Position numbers and translations under genes: made by a program
DNA from: Lytechinus pictus
Lineage: Eukaryota
DNA length: 64,000 bases
Assembly: GCF_037042905.1 (NCBI RefSeq)
Contig: NC_087252.1
Location: 3,102,001-3,166,000, forward strand
Reading direction: 5' to 3'
Notes under the pieces: generated by a model
The model's database searches: none
What the model was told of the DNA's origin: nothing
What the model saw: only the letters and a program-made list of their open reading frames with translations
Part shown: one piece after another, positions 24,601 through 38,122 of the stretch
Layout of the letters: the number at the start of each line of letters is the position of its first letter
Position numbering within the stretch: position 1 is the first letter of the stretch

Positions 24601-26399
24601 GTGAAGCTCAAAATCAAGAGTGATGTGATATAGTTAAAAAGAAAGAGTAGGAATGGAATATGAATAAAAAAATAAAAGTATGAGAATATAAATAAACAAT
24701 GATTAATTGGCTACTGTATACAATTTTTTACCAAAGCAGAATGCATTAAACATCAAATGAATGGTCTGAACTCTGAAGTGCAAATGAATCTTCTTACCTT
24801 TTAATGGGGGGGGGGGGGCATTTTTCTGCTCAAAAAATATATCAGCCCCATTTGTTTGCGGGGGGGGGGGGTTAAGTTCTTAGTCATAATCCTTTACCTT
24901 TTACTTTTATGAGGTCATTTTCTAAAGACCCCCCCCCCCCAAAAAAAAGGGAGTAATGTCTCGCTTTAAAATACAAAGACCCCTGAGGGGCAAAGGCGTA
25001 GACTGGTTGAGCATAGGGAGATAGAAGTGGTATGGGGAGGGGTGCACATCTTAATGGGAAGGTGGAACTAAGGTTTGGAAAATCAGCCGTTGAAAGTAGA
25101 AGGGGTACACATTTTGTTTTGCTTGCCAGTGTTGGAACTCCTTTGCCAGAGCGGAAGGTTTCACATTCACCCAGTGTACCCCCAGCATATGCCCTCGAGG
25201 GGATGCTTATTTCAAGAGTGTTAATGGACACCGCCTTTAACCTTTATTTTGAGGTCAGATTTTAAGGACCAATCCCGCTCCTCCCCCAAAACCTAGAAAT
25301 ATTACTGAAGGTGATTAATACCCCCACACTCATATATTTTAATGCAGTTTAGAATTTAATATGAATCTTTACCCAAAGATGAATATTTCTTCCAACTTTT
25401 ATGAGCACTGACTAAAAAAAGGGGAAGTTGTTTGATCCACAATGAGTTTTCCTGCATTTCTGGCTATCATATGTGGTTACCATGGCAATATACTCTGACA
25501 AATGCACACATAAAATGGTTCTTGCACATCTTTACCTCAAAGCAAATGTATGAGCCAAATTTCATGAGAAATGGTTCAAAACTGATGAAGTTGTTCAAAT
25601 TGCAAGGTTTTTACCTAAATTTTGCCATATAATATGTTGTTACCATGGCAACACAATTTATGAAACACATACAAAAAGTGCCTTGTACATCTTTACTCTA
25701 ATACCAATGTGTGTGTCAAATTTCATGAGAATTGATTTAAAACTGATGAAGCAGTTTGAATTGTAATTTTTTCCCCAATTTTCACCAAATAATATGTTGT
25801 TACCATGGTAACAAGATTTTTGAAAGACACACAAAATGTGTCTTAGACATCTTCACCTCAAGACCAATGTGTGTGCCAAATTTCATGAGAATCGGGTGAC
25901 AACAGAGGAAGTAGTTCTAACTGCAAGATTTGTACCTTATTTTTGCCATAATACACTGTTACCATGGCAACACAATTTCCAACACATGCAAAAAAATGTG
26001 TCTTGCACATCTTTACCCCAAGACCAAAATATGTACATACACACCAACATTCAACCCCCTCCATCACCACCCTTCGGCTTGTTTAGCATCTGCATTCAGA
26101 TATTTAGTGCATTGAGATGTGAGGACAAACAGAATATCTGTTCAAAAAGGGTCTGAATTCAAGAACTAAACCAATGCAAAATAATGCACTGCTATTGAGT
26201 TTTGCACTAGCGCTAGTCTATATATCAGACCAATCTAAACTCATAAATTCTGACATTTTCACCCATTTTTTCACTGTTCCTGCAGCCAGATTTTTTGGAG
26301 CATACCCCATTTTTAATTCTCATACATAAACAAAGGTCTGGAGAAAAAATCATGCTTTTGTCCACCGTGTCCACATAATTCCGCTAACAGACCAGACTA
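21687..26399. mobile_element. Non-autonomous TAG...CTA DNA transposon (Academ-like), near-palindromic, TAA TSD
   Basis: taa|TAGTCCGGTCTGTTAGCG ... CGCTAACAGACCAGACTA|taa. The paralogous site (42841-42843) has a single TAA. Arms align inward to ~23830/~24500. Confidence 0.9.
22739..23308. mobile_element. Kolobok-like MITE (TTAA TSD) inserted in the left arm of the 21687 element
   Basis: TTAA|AGGGGAATCC...GGATTCCCCT|TTAA. Absent from the right arm. Confidence 0.85.
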
Positions 26400-29242
26400 T
26401 AATAGAAATGCGTTAATCAAAATAGAGTACAAATACCATAATACATTACATATTTGTCATGTTTGTACGTCATATAATTAGTACTCTTGGTACAAACCTG
26501 TAAAAATGTGTTTATTGGTACTTTGAACAAGTACAGCAGTCCATATACTCTGTATTCAAATGAACACAAGCTATGCGATTAATTTGAAATCTACGTGAGC
26601 CTACATTACGGCGCCCAGTATAGATATTACTTTTTTTGAAATTTTAAAGCGTTTCCCTTTCCTCTAATTACCTTAAAAAAAAGGAAACATATGAGTTGGG
26701 TTTAATTACCATTTTAAAGATCTTGACACAATCAACTTGATGGGATCTGTTTAATATTTGGATCAAACTGATTAGATTAACCTAGCACATTTTTGTTTTA
26801 TCATTATTCCTTTTTGGTTCCCTTTGTTTGGAAGGGATGATGAGATGGGGTTGTCCGGTAACCAGGGGTAAAATTACATCCATATTTGGAAACAAACCAA
26901 TAGTTAAAGGGCATTTGCATCGCTAATCATCCCAATTTTCTTAGAATTCCCAGCTTTTAACAGTAATTTTATTTTTTGAATAATCCTGGTTACTATCAGG
27001 CATCAGATCCTACAACGCATTTCATTGGCCCGATTGTCTGGGGACATCATGGACAATAGCGACCCTATTATACTTGTGCACCGGGCCCATATCGTATTTC
27101 TTTGTCATCCTTGATACTGGATACGATAGTGATCACTATAATGTGAAATGTATTATCCCTGAAACACAAATATAAACTTAATAAAATCGAACAATAAATA
27201 ACTGACGTAAAAATCAAAAGGCCATTGTCAGACTATCTTCTCTAAGTAGGATCCTCCATTTATTTTGCAATGATTAGTGTTAGGCATGAGTGTTAGGCCT
27301 ATATTCCTGGCATATCCCCGGGAACTTTTTGAGAACTTTAGGTAATGGTTGGGAAAGGGTTAAAAACATCAAATTTAATATATGTACAAACTTCAAAACA
27401 TTGAAGGCCAAAAAGAGATTTCTTTTGAAACCATCAATTAATTACTTTCAAGCACCATCTATTTCCAGAAAGAGAATCATATCTCACCCCTTCAACATGT
27501 TCAAGAGGAGTTGTAAGGAGGTCAACCAAGCATTTACTTAAGTGTAGTTTATAATCATGTTTAAGGCGATAATTATCACGAAGGCATATTTTCTGTAAGC
27601 TAGCATGTCATATTTTGTTTCCTGAAAATTAATGTTCATCTCAAAGTTCAAGTATCACTTCCACCCCCTACTTTTCGGGGAAGGGGGGGGGGGAGAGGGG
27701 TGATATTGGAATGCATGTTAAGTGACAGTAATTTTCTCACTAATTTAGGTGCTGTGCATTCTGATATAACGTGAGAACACTCAGGTTCATTACCCCAAAT
27801 CAAGTTTGTGAACTTGTAGTTTCTTGGAAATATGAAAACAGTTTTACGCAAGTAAATATAAACATAAATTATTGACCCCCTAATAGTAGACCGGCCAAAA
27901 CGATTTTTTATACTTTGGACGGCAAAATTTGTTAATGCTTGCTAATGCTTGGCATCCCAGCTAATAGTCTTGCAAAATTACCCAGGAATAGCGTACGGCC
28001 GGATGCCAAGCGCAATTTTGCGTGAAAGTGTCATTTTTAGCGTAAAATCTGAAAGAATGTCGAAAATCACGCATTTTGATATTTTGACGGATTATTTTAA
28101 TATTTTTGATTATCTTTGATATGCAATTATTCTTATTCAGAGTTTCAAATTATAAGTCTCATAAATATACATTTCAAATTTGATTATTGCACACACACAT
28201 AGGCACAGGGAAACATAAAACTGCGATTTCCTCAAAATAAAAGTTTGTGAAAACTATCAATAGTTTAAAGTTTTTTACGCAACTTAAATTCTTCGATTTA
28301 AATGCGTTTCTCAATCGAATGTATAGTAAATGTCCTAATGTCACAAATATTAAAATAATTTTCAAGTAAGATGGAATATATCTCATTTTATGTTATCCGA
28401 AAGGAGACAATGTGCATTTTACCAGGTGCGCATTTTGAAAGAAATATTGAAAATACCGTACATTATGTACATAATTACATGTATAAGTACATACTAAAGC
28501 GAGTTTTTAATTACATGTATAAGTACACACTAAAGCGAGTTTTTAATTGAATAGCACAATTTGTCAATTCTTTGCATCCCAGCTCAAATTCTTGCGGAAA
28601 TACTGAGAAATAACGCACGGGCGGATGCCAAGTGCACTTTTGCGTGAAAGTATCATTTTTAGCGTGAAATCTGAAAGACTGTCGAAAATCACGCATTTTG
28701 ATATTTTGACGGATTATCATCATATTTTTGATTATCTTTGATATGGAATTATTTTTATTCAGAGTTTTAAATTATAAGTCTACTAAATATGCATTTCAAT
28801 GTGGAATATTACACACACATATATGGCAATATGACATAAAAATCGTGATTTACTCAAAATAGAAGTTTGTGAACACTATCAATAGTTCTAAGTTTTTTTA
28901 CAACTTAAATTCTTCGATTTAAATTGGTTCATCTATTGAATATCGATCGTTTCTAATGTCACAAATATTAAAAGAATTTTCAAGTAAGATGGAAGAAATA
29001 TTTTCCGAAAGGGGCATGCAAAATTTAGCGGGGAGGGGGGGGGGGGGGCATTTTGAATGTAAAATTGAAGATACTGTAAATTATTAACATAATTACATGA
29101 ATAAGTACATACTTAAAACGAGTTACAAAATTTCTGGCCGCAACTGCCTCTTCCCCCCCCCCTCCCCCGCTGCCTAAGGTCATGTGTAGTGTCCGAAAGG
29201 ATTACATGGAGCTGAAAGTATCCCGTTTTCAAGATAATAAAC

Positions 29243-29473
29243 CACTAGCGTAAAGGGGGGGGGGCAGACTGCTTCCCCCCAACGAGTCACAACTCATGCA
29301 GGGGACGTACCCCAGGCCTGCCCCCCCCCCCCCTGACGATTTTTTTTTTCTGGTACAAAATCCTTTATTTGTGGTTGAAAACCTTTTTTTTTGCTTGTAA
29401 TTTTTTTTCGCGGACGAAATATCCTCAAAAAAATTGCCCCCCCCCCCTTTGGAAAATCCTGGGTACGCCGCTG
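29243..29473. mobile_element. hAT-like MITE (8-bp TSD, one mismatch)
   Basis: taataaac|CACTAGCG...TACGCCGCTG|taatatac. Same family as 33501-33734. Confidence 0.7.
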
Positions 29474-29705
29474 TAATATACCCAAAGTATTCTGCTCGCG
29501 ATTCAAGTGTATATTTTATTGTGGTGTAGCGAGATAGGCACACGGGATTACAAAAAGATGGCAAATAAATTTTCGACTCGAGCTTCGCGCTGGCATTAAT
29601 ATATGAGATAAACAACTTGCTGTTTAAAAAAAAACCTTGCTTGAAGTGTCAACTTCTCAGAATCCAGTCGCATCCAGTCCATTATCAAATAAATGTGAAT
29701 ACTGT

Positions 29706-31160
29706 CACTGGCGTAAATCCCGGGGGGATGGGGGGATATATCCCCCCCCCCCACTTTTCGAGGAGGGGGGGGGTGGCCTGTACAAACATCCCCCACTTTT
29801 TACGAAAGAAATGAAAAAAAAAATCACAAGAGATAATTGTTTTATTGGTGAAAATTCTTCCAAAAATACCGCTTAACAAATAAAATAATATTATTGAATT
29901 ATAAAATGCAAATAAAGAGCCAGTTCACCATTTCCAAACGAAATACTTATGTCCTTATTATAACATTTAAGGGAAACCCCCGTTTCTTCCAATTCGTCAA
30001 TGTTGGGGTCTTTGGGAAGGGATTAAGATGGAATGTCAAAAATTTGTTGAATGTAATCTCTAATAAAACCATTAAACCATCATGTGGTAAAAAAAATAAT
30101 AATATTGGAGGGGTATTTGCCATATGGACATACAGTGGAGTAACTACGGGGGACATGGGGGGCACATCCCCCCCCCCCCATCGGCTGACCAAAAAAACGG
30201 GGAAAGGGGAAAAGGAGAAAAGAGGGAGAAAGGAAGAGAAACGTAGTGGGAAAGAAGAAAATATTATTCATTAGAATGTTATATTATATTATAACTATGT
30301 TAAGTTACATTACATAAGAAACATTTTTATCATAACTTTATGAAACATAATTTGCCCAGGGCCTACGTCTTCATTGTTCCTGGTGCTCGCATTGTCTGTT
30401 TAACGAGATATATAATCCTGTTGTACTTAAACATCCCGTTTTCAAGTCAATATAAACCAAATATATTTCCTAGCACTTGAGTTATCATTGTTTTATGTAG
30501 TGACATATGCTTCTTTTTCATGACTCAAAAGTGATTGCCCCATGTTAAGGTCTTCGTATATATGAAACATTTCCTGTCCGTGATTACGTTTGCATTAGTG
30601 GATTGGTGAGATATGTCTGCTCTTCATGAATTCCTAAAATCAGTCCTTAAAATGTCCCTTCTTCTGATCTGAATATAAAAAAATTTCAGCTTGCCCTTCG
30701 CGCTCGCACCATTTGGTTAATGAAATACGTATGGTCCTAGTTAATTCCTACAAAGAAACCTTAGAATGCCCCACTTCAGGTCTGAATTTTCTAAGTTTTC
30801 AGCTCGCGCTCGCATTGTTAAGCGAGACAGGTACCTATTATGATTACACAAATTTGATTATAATGTCCCTTTTTAGGTGTGAAAATAAAACAATTTCAGC
30901 TCGCGCTTCGCGCTCGCATTATTTGATCAGTGAGATACATATCCGTTTAATGACATTGTCCTTAAAATTTCTCTATTAGGTCACTCACTCAGTCATTCAA
31001 AAATTTTACTGGTGCCCCCCCCCCCCCTATGCCGTGACCCACGGTCGCCACTGTGGACATATCAATGACAATTCCTTGCATATCTAAAAACATGATTGCA
31101 AAAAAATGCCAAAATATTTCAGTCATCCCCCCCACCCATCAACACGGATTTACGCCAGTG
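29706..31160. mobile_element. MITE with CAC...GTG termini and 5-bp TSD (Transib-like)
   Basis: actgt|CACTGGCGTAAATCC ... GGATTTACGCCAGTG|actgt; perfect 15-bp TIR. Confidence 0.8.
30133..31053. mobile_element. hAT-like MITE nested in the 29706 element
   Basis: tggacata|CAGTGG...CCACTG|tggacata, perfect 8-bp TSD. Confidence 0.85.
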
Positions 31161-31365
31161 ACTGTATGTCCAATCTTTAGCTCTTAGTCTCTCCCAATTT
31201 TAGCTCGCGCTTTTGCGCTAACGTTTTTGTTAAGTAAGATATTCATCTTTTTCTTCATTAAAAACATGTTTAAAATCCTTCGTTTAATTCGACATTTTCA
31301 GTTCACGCTTCGCGCTCGCATCAAATGCTATAATTAAATACTGATCATTGTTCATGATTTCACGA

Positions 31366-31577
31366 TTTTTGTTTTACCTCATTTGCTAAGAAAGCGTGAA
31401 TGCTTCTAAGCAAGCAACCAGATGACCGATGGCTTAAGGTACTCTCCGAGGGACCTATACGATTAAAATGCCTTACTACCATTTAAATGCCTTACTTGGC
31501 ACTAGCGCACCAAGTGGGAATCGAACCCAGGCCACCGGAATCCGAAACCCCCTCACTACCGATTGAGCTATCGCGCC
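31366..31577 (-). mobile_element. Short tRNA-derived SINE
   Basis: Minus strand GGCGCGATAGCTCAATCGGTAG (A box) ... GGTTCGATTCCC (B box), with an A-rich tail. Confidence 0.75.
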
Positions 31578-32199
31578 TTAGAATGTTTCGTTTCTAATAA
31601 AAAAAAAGCCAGCTCGGCTTGTGCTGGATTTTTTTTAAAACAGATACATAACATTCTTTATTTAAAAACGTCATCAAAATGTCCAGTTTACGGATTGGAA
31701 TATAAAAATCAGATTGCGTTTCGCGCTCGCATCAATAGCCTATATATCATTTTTTTAAAATATGTATTAAATGCTCCGTTTCCACGTCAGAATATTAAAA
31801 ATTTCTGAAATTTTTATAAAATTACAATAATGTTCATGATTACACTTACGAATTGTGTAACTTTCTAACTTTGAATCAATCTATTTTGGTACCCCCTGCC
31901 AAATACCAAGCCCCGCCCCCGTGCTCCTCTGCTGACAAAATCCTATATAGCTACGCTGCTGGTGAGTGAGCTGACTGACCAAGTCTTTTAAGCAAAAGCC
32001 TTAATTTAGGGAAGAATTTGTGTTTATTAATAAAAAAAATGTTTAAAATTACAATATTTACATTCAATTGAGGTTATAATAAATAAATAAATATGTATAA
32101 ATATATAAATAAAATAATAAATAAATAAATAACTAACTAAATAACCCCCTCCCCAACAAGCTTTCTATTATTTTGCTTCTGTTGTTTTATGCCTTTTCT

Positions 32200-32238
<39 letters not shown>

Positions 32239-33500
32239 GGGGGGGGGGGGGCAAGTTTCCCCTCCCCCTCACTTCCATGCATCTTCTATCAAAAGGCTTA
32301 TGTCAGTGTCCGTAGCTCATTTTCCAAATTTCAGAATGTAGAAGGCGTTGTTTCATGCAACTGCGGTCTCTTTGATCAGTTAATTGAACAGTTCATTAGA
32401 CCAAAAATTAAAATAGATCGGTCAGTAACCATTTGCATGAGCTAAGAGTTTTCATCTGTGGAGAATGATGTTAGAAATACTAAAAGAGTAGGTTCTTTAA
32501 GTTCACATTTTAATTCTTAAAGCTCATTTCATCACATGTATTGCCATGTTGGGAAATGCAGTCGCACGACCATTATGACAAACAAATCTAAAGGCTAATG
32601 ACCAGCGTCCAGCGCAGATATTGTAATATATAGATTGCATTTCCCAAATTGGCATTGGCAATACATACATGTATGTCCAGGGCTGCCCAGGGTCGGGCTG
32701 TCCGGCCCCCGTCTTAGACTACGATATATAACAGCATGGACCTATGATAATAGCAAACGCGAAAACTGTAATGAAGCAAAATGAATTGAATTAAAATTAT
32801 AACTTGCAATGCAAAAGACCAAATAACATTTATTATTCATATTTTCACATAATAATTATAGCAGCAGAACATTGGAAACAACTGAAACTAATAATTATTC
32901 ACAAAAGCGCCATTCATGTGATAATAAAATAATAAGCTCATCGAACCTAAATGACGTATAACCTTGATCATGTGAACTGAAATTTGTGCAAAATGATCCA
33001 TCATACTTTAATACCCTTATATTCAAGTTTAATCATGAACTGGATCAATAAAATTCAAAAGTTATGATGACATTTAAAAAAAATACCCCCATATATATGG
33101 CCAAAGTTCAGTGACTCTAAATGACCTTTGACCTTAATCATGTGATCTAAAACTTGTGCAAGACGATCAGGAATACCTGAATACTGTTATAAGTGTCATT
33201 ATTTTTTTTTCCTATATACGTTCAAAGTTATAACGAAATTTCGAAAACGTAACCTTGGTTAAGATTTCAAGGTTGATATGACGCTGTTATATCAAAACTA
33301 CCGTCGCCTCCGCCGGAAAAGTGGCTCCTTTAGTCCTGCTCTGCTATGCATGCAGGCGAGACAAAAAATAGGTATTGCCGTGGCAACGGCCATAATTTTT
33401 AAGACTTTGATAATCCAATAATTGAAGTAAAATGTAGATTGACAGAGTAGTTTAAAAATGCTAATTCGATCGTTTTATTCATACATGTATATTTTCTATG

Positions 33501-33734
33501 CACTAGTGTACCTACGGGGGGGGGGGGGGGCAGAGGGGGCAGTCTGCTCCCCCTGACGAGTCCCAACCCATGCAAAAGACGTATCCATGCCCCCCCCCCG
33601 ACGAGCTTGAAGACCCTTTTTGCCCCCCCCCCCCTGACGAGCTTGAAGACCTTTTTTTTTTGCTTGTCAAATTTAATTTTTTGGCCGACGGTTTTGACCC
33701 CCCCCCCTTGTGGAAAATCCTAGGTACGCTACTG
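33501..33734. mobile_element. hAT-like MITE
   Basis: tttctatg|CACTAGTGTACC...GGTACGCTACTG|tttctatg, perfect 8-bp TSD. Confidence 0.85.
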
Positions 33735-35506
33735 TTTCTATGATTTTGGATATAGATATTCCTACAAAATAAATGTTACCATGGTAACGGCAAATTAAAT
33801 ATCAGACCTATTTATGAATATCGCCACAGGTAGATTTACGTTCAGCACCAATTAATTCGCGGAAATAGCAAGAAGATCGTACTCTACAAAAGTAAACATA
33901 ATCCGATATAATATCATGACGAGTATCGCACTGATTAATATTAGTATGTGCAATATAGATGTAATATTGTGCGCTGTTTGTATTTTATCAGAAATGCGCA
34001 TCCGATAATTGTACATTGTTATCTTTCGCATATATAACATAAAATGATATATCTTGCATCTTCTTTCAACATTTGTTTTCACTATATGTGCCATGACAAC
34101 AATTATTATGTATTTATTCGGTTAGCGTTAAAATTGACGAAATTGAGATGCAGAACACAAACATTATACTATTGATAGTTTTCACAAACTACTATTTTTA
34201 GTAAATCACGATTTTATATTTCATATTGCCATATATGTGTGTGTAATATTCCAAATTGAAATGCATATTTAGTAGACTTATAATTTAAAACTCTGAATAA
34301 AAATAATTCCATATCAAAGATAACCAAAAATATGATGATAATCCGTCAAAATATCAAAATGCGTGATTTTCAACAGTCTTTCAAATTTTACGCAAAAAAT
34401 GATACTTTCACGCAAAAGTGCACTTGGCATCCGCCCGTACGTTATTCCTCAGGATTTCCGCAAGACTTTTAGCTGGGATGCAAAGAATTGACAAATTGTG
34501 CTATCCAATTAAAAACTCGCTTTAGAATGCACTTATACATGTAATTAAAAACTCGCTTTAGTATGTACTTATTCATGTAATTATGTACATAATGTACGGT
34601 ATTTTCAATTTTTCTTTCAAAACGCGCACCTGGTAGAATGCACATTGTCTCATTTCAGATAACATAAAGTGAGATATCTTCCATCTTACTTGAAAATTCT
34701 TTTAATATTTGTGACATTAGGAAATTTACTATACATTTGATGGATAAACGCAGTTGAATCGAAGAATTTAAGCTGCGTAAAAAAAACTTCAAACTATTGA
34801 TAGTTTTCACAAACTTTTATTTTGAGGAAATCGCGGTTTTATGTTTCTCTGTGCCATATGTGTGTGTGCAATATTCAAATTTGAAATGCATATTTATGAG
34901 ACTTATAATTTGAAACTCTGAATAAAAATAATTTCATATCAAAGATAATCAAAAATATTAAAATAATCCATCAAAATTTCAAAATGCGTGATTTTCGACA
35001 TTCTTTCAGTTTTTACGCTAAAAATGACACTTTCACGCAAAATTGCGCTTGGCATCCGGCCGTACGCTATTCCTGGGTATTTTTGCAAGCCTTTTAGCTG
35101 GGATGCCAAGCATAAACAAATTTTGCCGTCGAATCCTTATCTAGAGCACTTTTTGACTCTTGGCCGGTCTACTATAAATAGAAATTTAAAAAAACAAGAA
35201 AAAATCCAAATAACATCAACATCAACCAACACAAAAGCAGAATTAAAATAACACTTCATACACAGAAATACGATTGATTACATTTTGATTGATTTATAAG
35301 ACTGCAATGTAATTGGTCATCATCAATCATAATATTAGCTGTGTACTATACGCTCTAAAATGTGGAGTGATACCAGTTTGGTTAATATGTGCAAGTCTTA
35401 CAATAACTGACGCCTAAATGTGAAATGAATATACGTCGATATTACAATACATATAATTAATCGTAGATTTTACTAACCCTAGATTTAAACACAGATCAAA
35501 ATAATA

Positions 35507-35940
35507 TGCCGCCCTTTCGTGTTTTGAATGATGACTTCAGTGGAAAATAAGGCTAATCACGAATTTTGAACACATGTGAAACCAAAACTAGAATATGATT
35601 AGAATCACGAACGATAATCACAATCACGAATTCAAATTCTACTCCGAAGGTGAATTCCAGTTAAGTTTCACTCGAATTACGGTACGGATTTTGCGTGTGA
35701 AAGTCTTGACCTTCAAAACATGACCTTTCAAACACTTCCGTAGATAATTCATGCACTCATCGTAGTTAATATTTGCGATGCAGTGCTTTGATTGACAAGT
35801 CGCCAAGGAAACATACCGCCTCCGTTCAGGAATTTGAATTCAAATCAGTTTTAGAGTGGGCGTGTGAAAGGTTTGATGATTCTAAAGACGACTTGCAATC
35901 ATCATTACAATGATTCAAGATTCTCGTGTGAAAAGGCCCA
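35507..35940. mobile_element. Harbinger/Tourist-like MITE specific to copy A
   Basis: Ends ...GTGTGAAAAGGCCC. Absent from the paralogous position (~47900). Left end degenerate. Confidence 0.55.
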
Positions 35941-36511
35941 TAGTCACGCCCGGTCTGTTTACCGATGAAAGTATGTTACGTCTGGTACAGATTAGTGGAT
36001 TGATCTTTTTCTTCCATAGGAACTTTATCAAACCAAGCATTTCTTTTTCCGAAGTATTTCAAAACTATTCCACACAAAACTGTAATTTGTCCCTCGAAAT
36101 GCTCGAATGCAGTGTAAAGTTGTGGAGGATGCATTAATTTATATACATTATTAACGCATAAACGACTTTCAAACTATTTCTATTCAATTTTTTTTCATCT
36201 TGTGACAGTTTTTGGAAGACAAATGGATTTCATGACCAGAAATTAATCTTGATATTTAAAAGGAGAAACAAATATATAATGTTTATTTTGTCAAGTCCAC
36301 GTTGATTATGTTTTAAAATGTAGATTACAAATAGATTGCCAATTATGTTTAATTTGTCTTACGTCATCAGACATATTTCAATGTCTTTAATGTGTGTTCC
36401 CTAACAATACTATTTCACTTTTTTGTGATGTGGTCACATCTTCTCTAAAAGACACTTCTATAAAATAATGGTAACTATTACTAATACCTTGACCAATCAT
36501 ATGGAAGTAAA

Positions 36512-38122
36512 TCATAAATATGTGGTGATCACCGAATCAGGACTTTCCAAAGCAATTCCTTGCTGGGGAAGAAATGTTGTAGGACCTGAACACGATTTGT
36601 ATCCCCCATCACGGGAATTTAGTATAATATCTAAAGTTGAACCCCCTTGCCATGCTTGTAGTGATGAATCACATGCTGCCTGTGTTGGATTCAGAGAAGA
36701 AAAGTTACCAGGTGGACTGGTTTGATGATTGGGTGGAATACCGAGGTGAGCTCTCGGCTTCATCTCCATGTATTCGTGAGAATCCAGGATGGTTTGTTTA
36801 AGAACCACATCACTTCGGGAAACAGCGGGATCTCCACCAACACCAGGTTTTGACTAAAGTTAGTGAAAATGTATTGAAAATTTTACTGAGTAACACCTTT
36901 AATATTTGACCCAGAATTCAAAATAGAAATATCATTTTACCTCAACCATTATTCTCTTGCGAGTAACAATATTAATAGTAATAATAATAACAAAACAATC
37001 AAAATGTTCGCGTGGCTGCAGATAATATAGATCTAATGGCCCATTAACTCAAATGAGTTTCGATTTACATCAATTTAATCGTTGTAGCTACACAATGTAT
37101 ATTTATGGCCATGAGGTGATACGATTTTTAATGTGTTTAAATAATCTGCATTCCGTATTGTTCACACACAATCGTATATCCATTTTTATTTACCTTTGTA
37201 CACTGCATATAATTAATTGTTGCGAACCCTACAACATTATACGATTCGGTATAGGTGGTATTCTAGACTGGATTCTATTCAAGCATACATTCTGTTTTAT
37301 TTAAAATTTCAGTGAAGAAATAAGAGCTTGATCGTTATGATTTAATTAACAATATTACATGGAGTGGTATTACCAATTCTATTTACCATGGCAAAATCAG
37401 CATGAGCGGGTTCTTGGTTCGAGTCCTTCTGTTGTTTGGTGGTGATTGAAACTCCGTCTGTATTCTCTGCAATATAAAGAACAATTTGAAAGTAATATAA
37501 GGAATTATTCGTGAGAGTCATTAATACACAGTCATGATAACTCATATTTAAGATAAAAAGATTGTGTATATTCAGATTTCATTCCGTGTCTATATTTTTT
37601 CAAATAAATAAGTAATCAAAATGAGCGGATGATTGGAAAGGGGAATACTGTACAATTATGACATCATGGTAAATATCTAACAAATAGCGCATTGTGAAAT
37701 ATGAAAATGTTGACCACAGATACGCAGAAAATCTCAAGAAGATTGCAAAACAAAAAAGAAAATCAAAGGTGGGCTTAGGCATCATGGCAGTTGAATATGA
37801 CTTGTTTGATTGAAAAGTATACAACTGTAATCACTAAGCAATTACTTATTTCAAATTGAGTCATCTAGCACATATTAATAAATATATATACATGTATAAT
37901 ATATACATAAAATAATTTTGTTCCCTGAAATATAAAAAACAAACTAAATTTTGTTCCCGGAACAACCCCATTCCAGGTCCACGGGTGGTTTCACGAACGC
38001 ATTGGTCATACAGACAAGCGTCTTGTTTTCCCCTTCCTCAACAATAATTGATCCTCCTTTAGGAATTATTTTATCATACCGGTCGTAGGTATGTTCAACC
38101 AACTTCAACCCTTTAGGTGGAA
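36512..38122 (-). pseudogene. Ig-superfamily receptor gene, copy A remnant (partial C2 exon ~37960-38122, tail exons 37387-37466 and 36512-36853)
   Basis: Clear paralogs of the copy B exons with intact splice sites. The C2 exon is broken after PPVDLEW and the TM exon is absent. Confidence 0.85.

Larger units (their letters stand above)
27884..35174. mobile_element. Non-autonomous TAG...CTA DNA transposon (Academ-like) with ~1-kb TIRs built of two ~600-bp subunits, TAA TSD
   Basis: taa|TAGTAGACCGGCCAA ... TTGGCCGGTCTACTA|taa. Empty site gacccac-taa-ata at 47288-47290. Arms 27884-29130 and ~34150-35174. Confidence 0.9.

Noticed and set aside
22068..26156. Mutually similar short ORFs (MCLRHLHLKTNVCAKFHEN...)
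   Set aside because: They arise from the internal subrepeats and inverted arms of the non-autonomous element; no transposase motifs.
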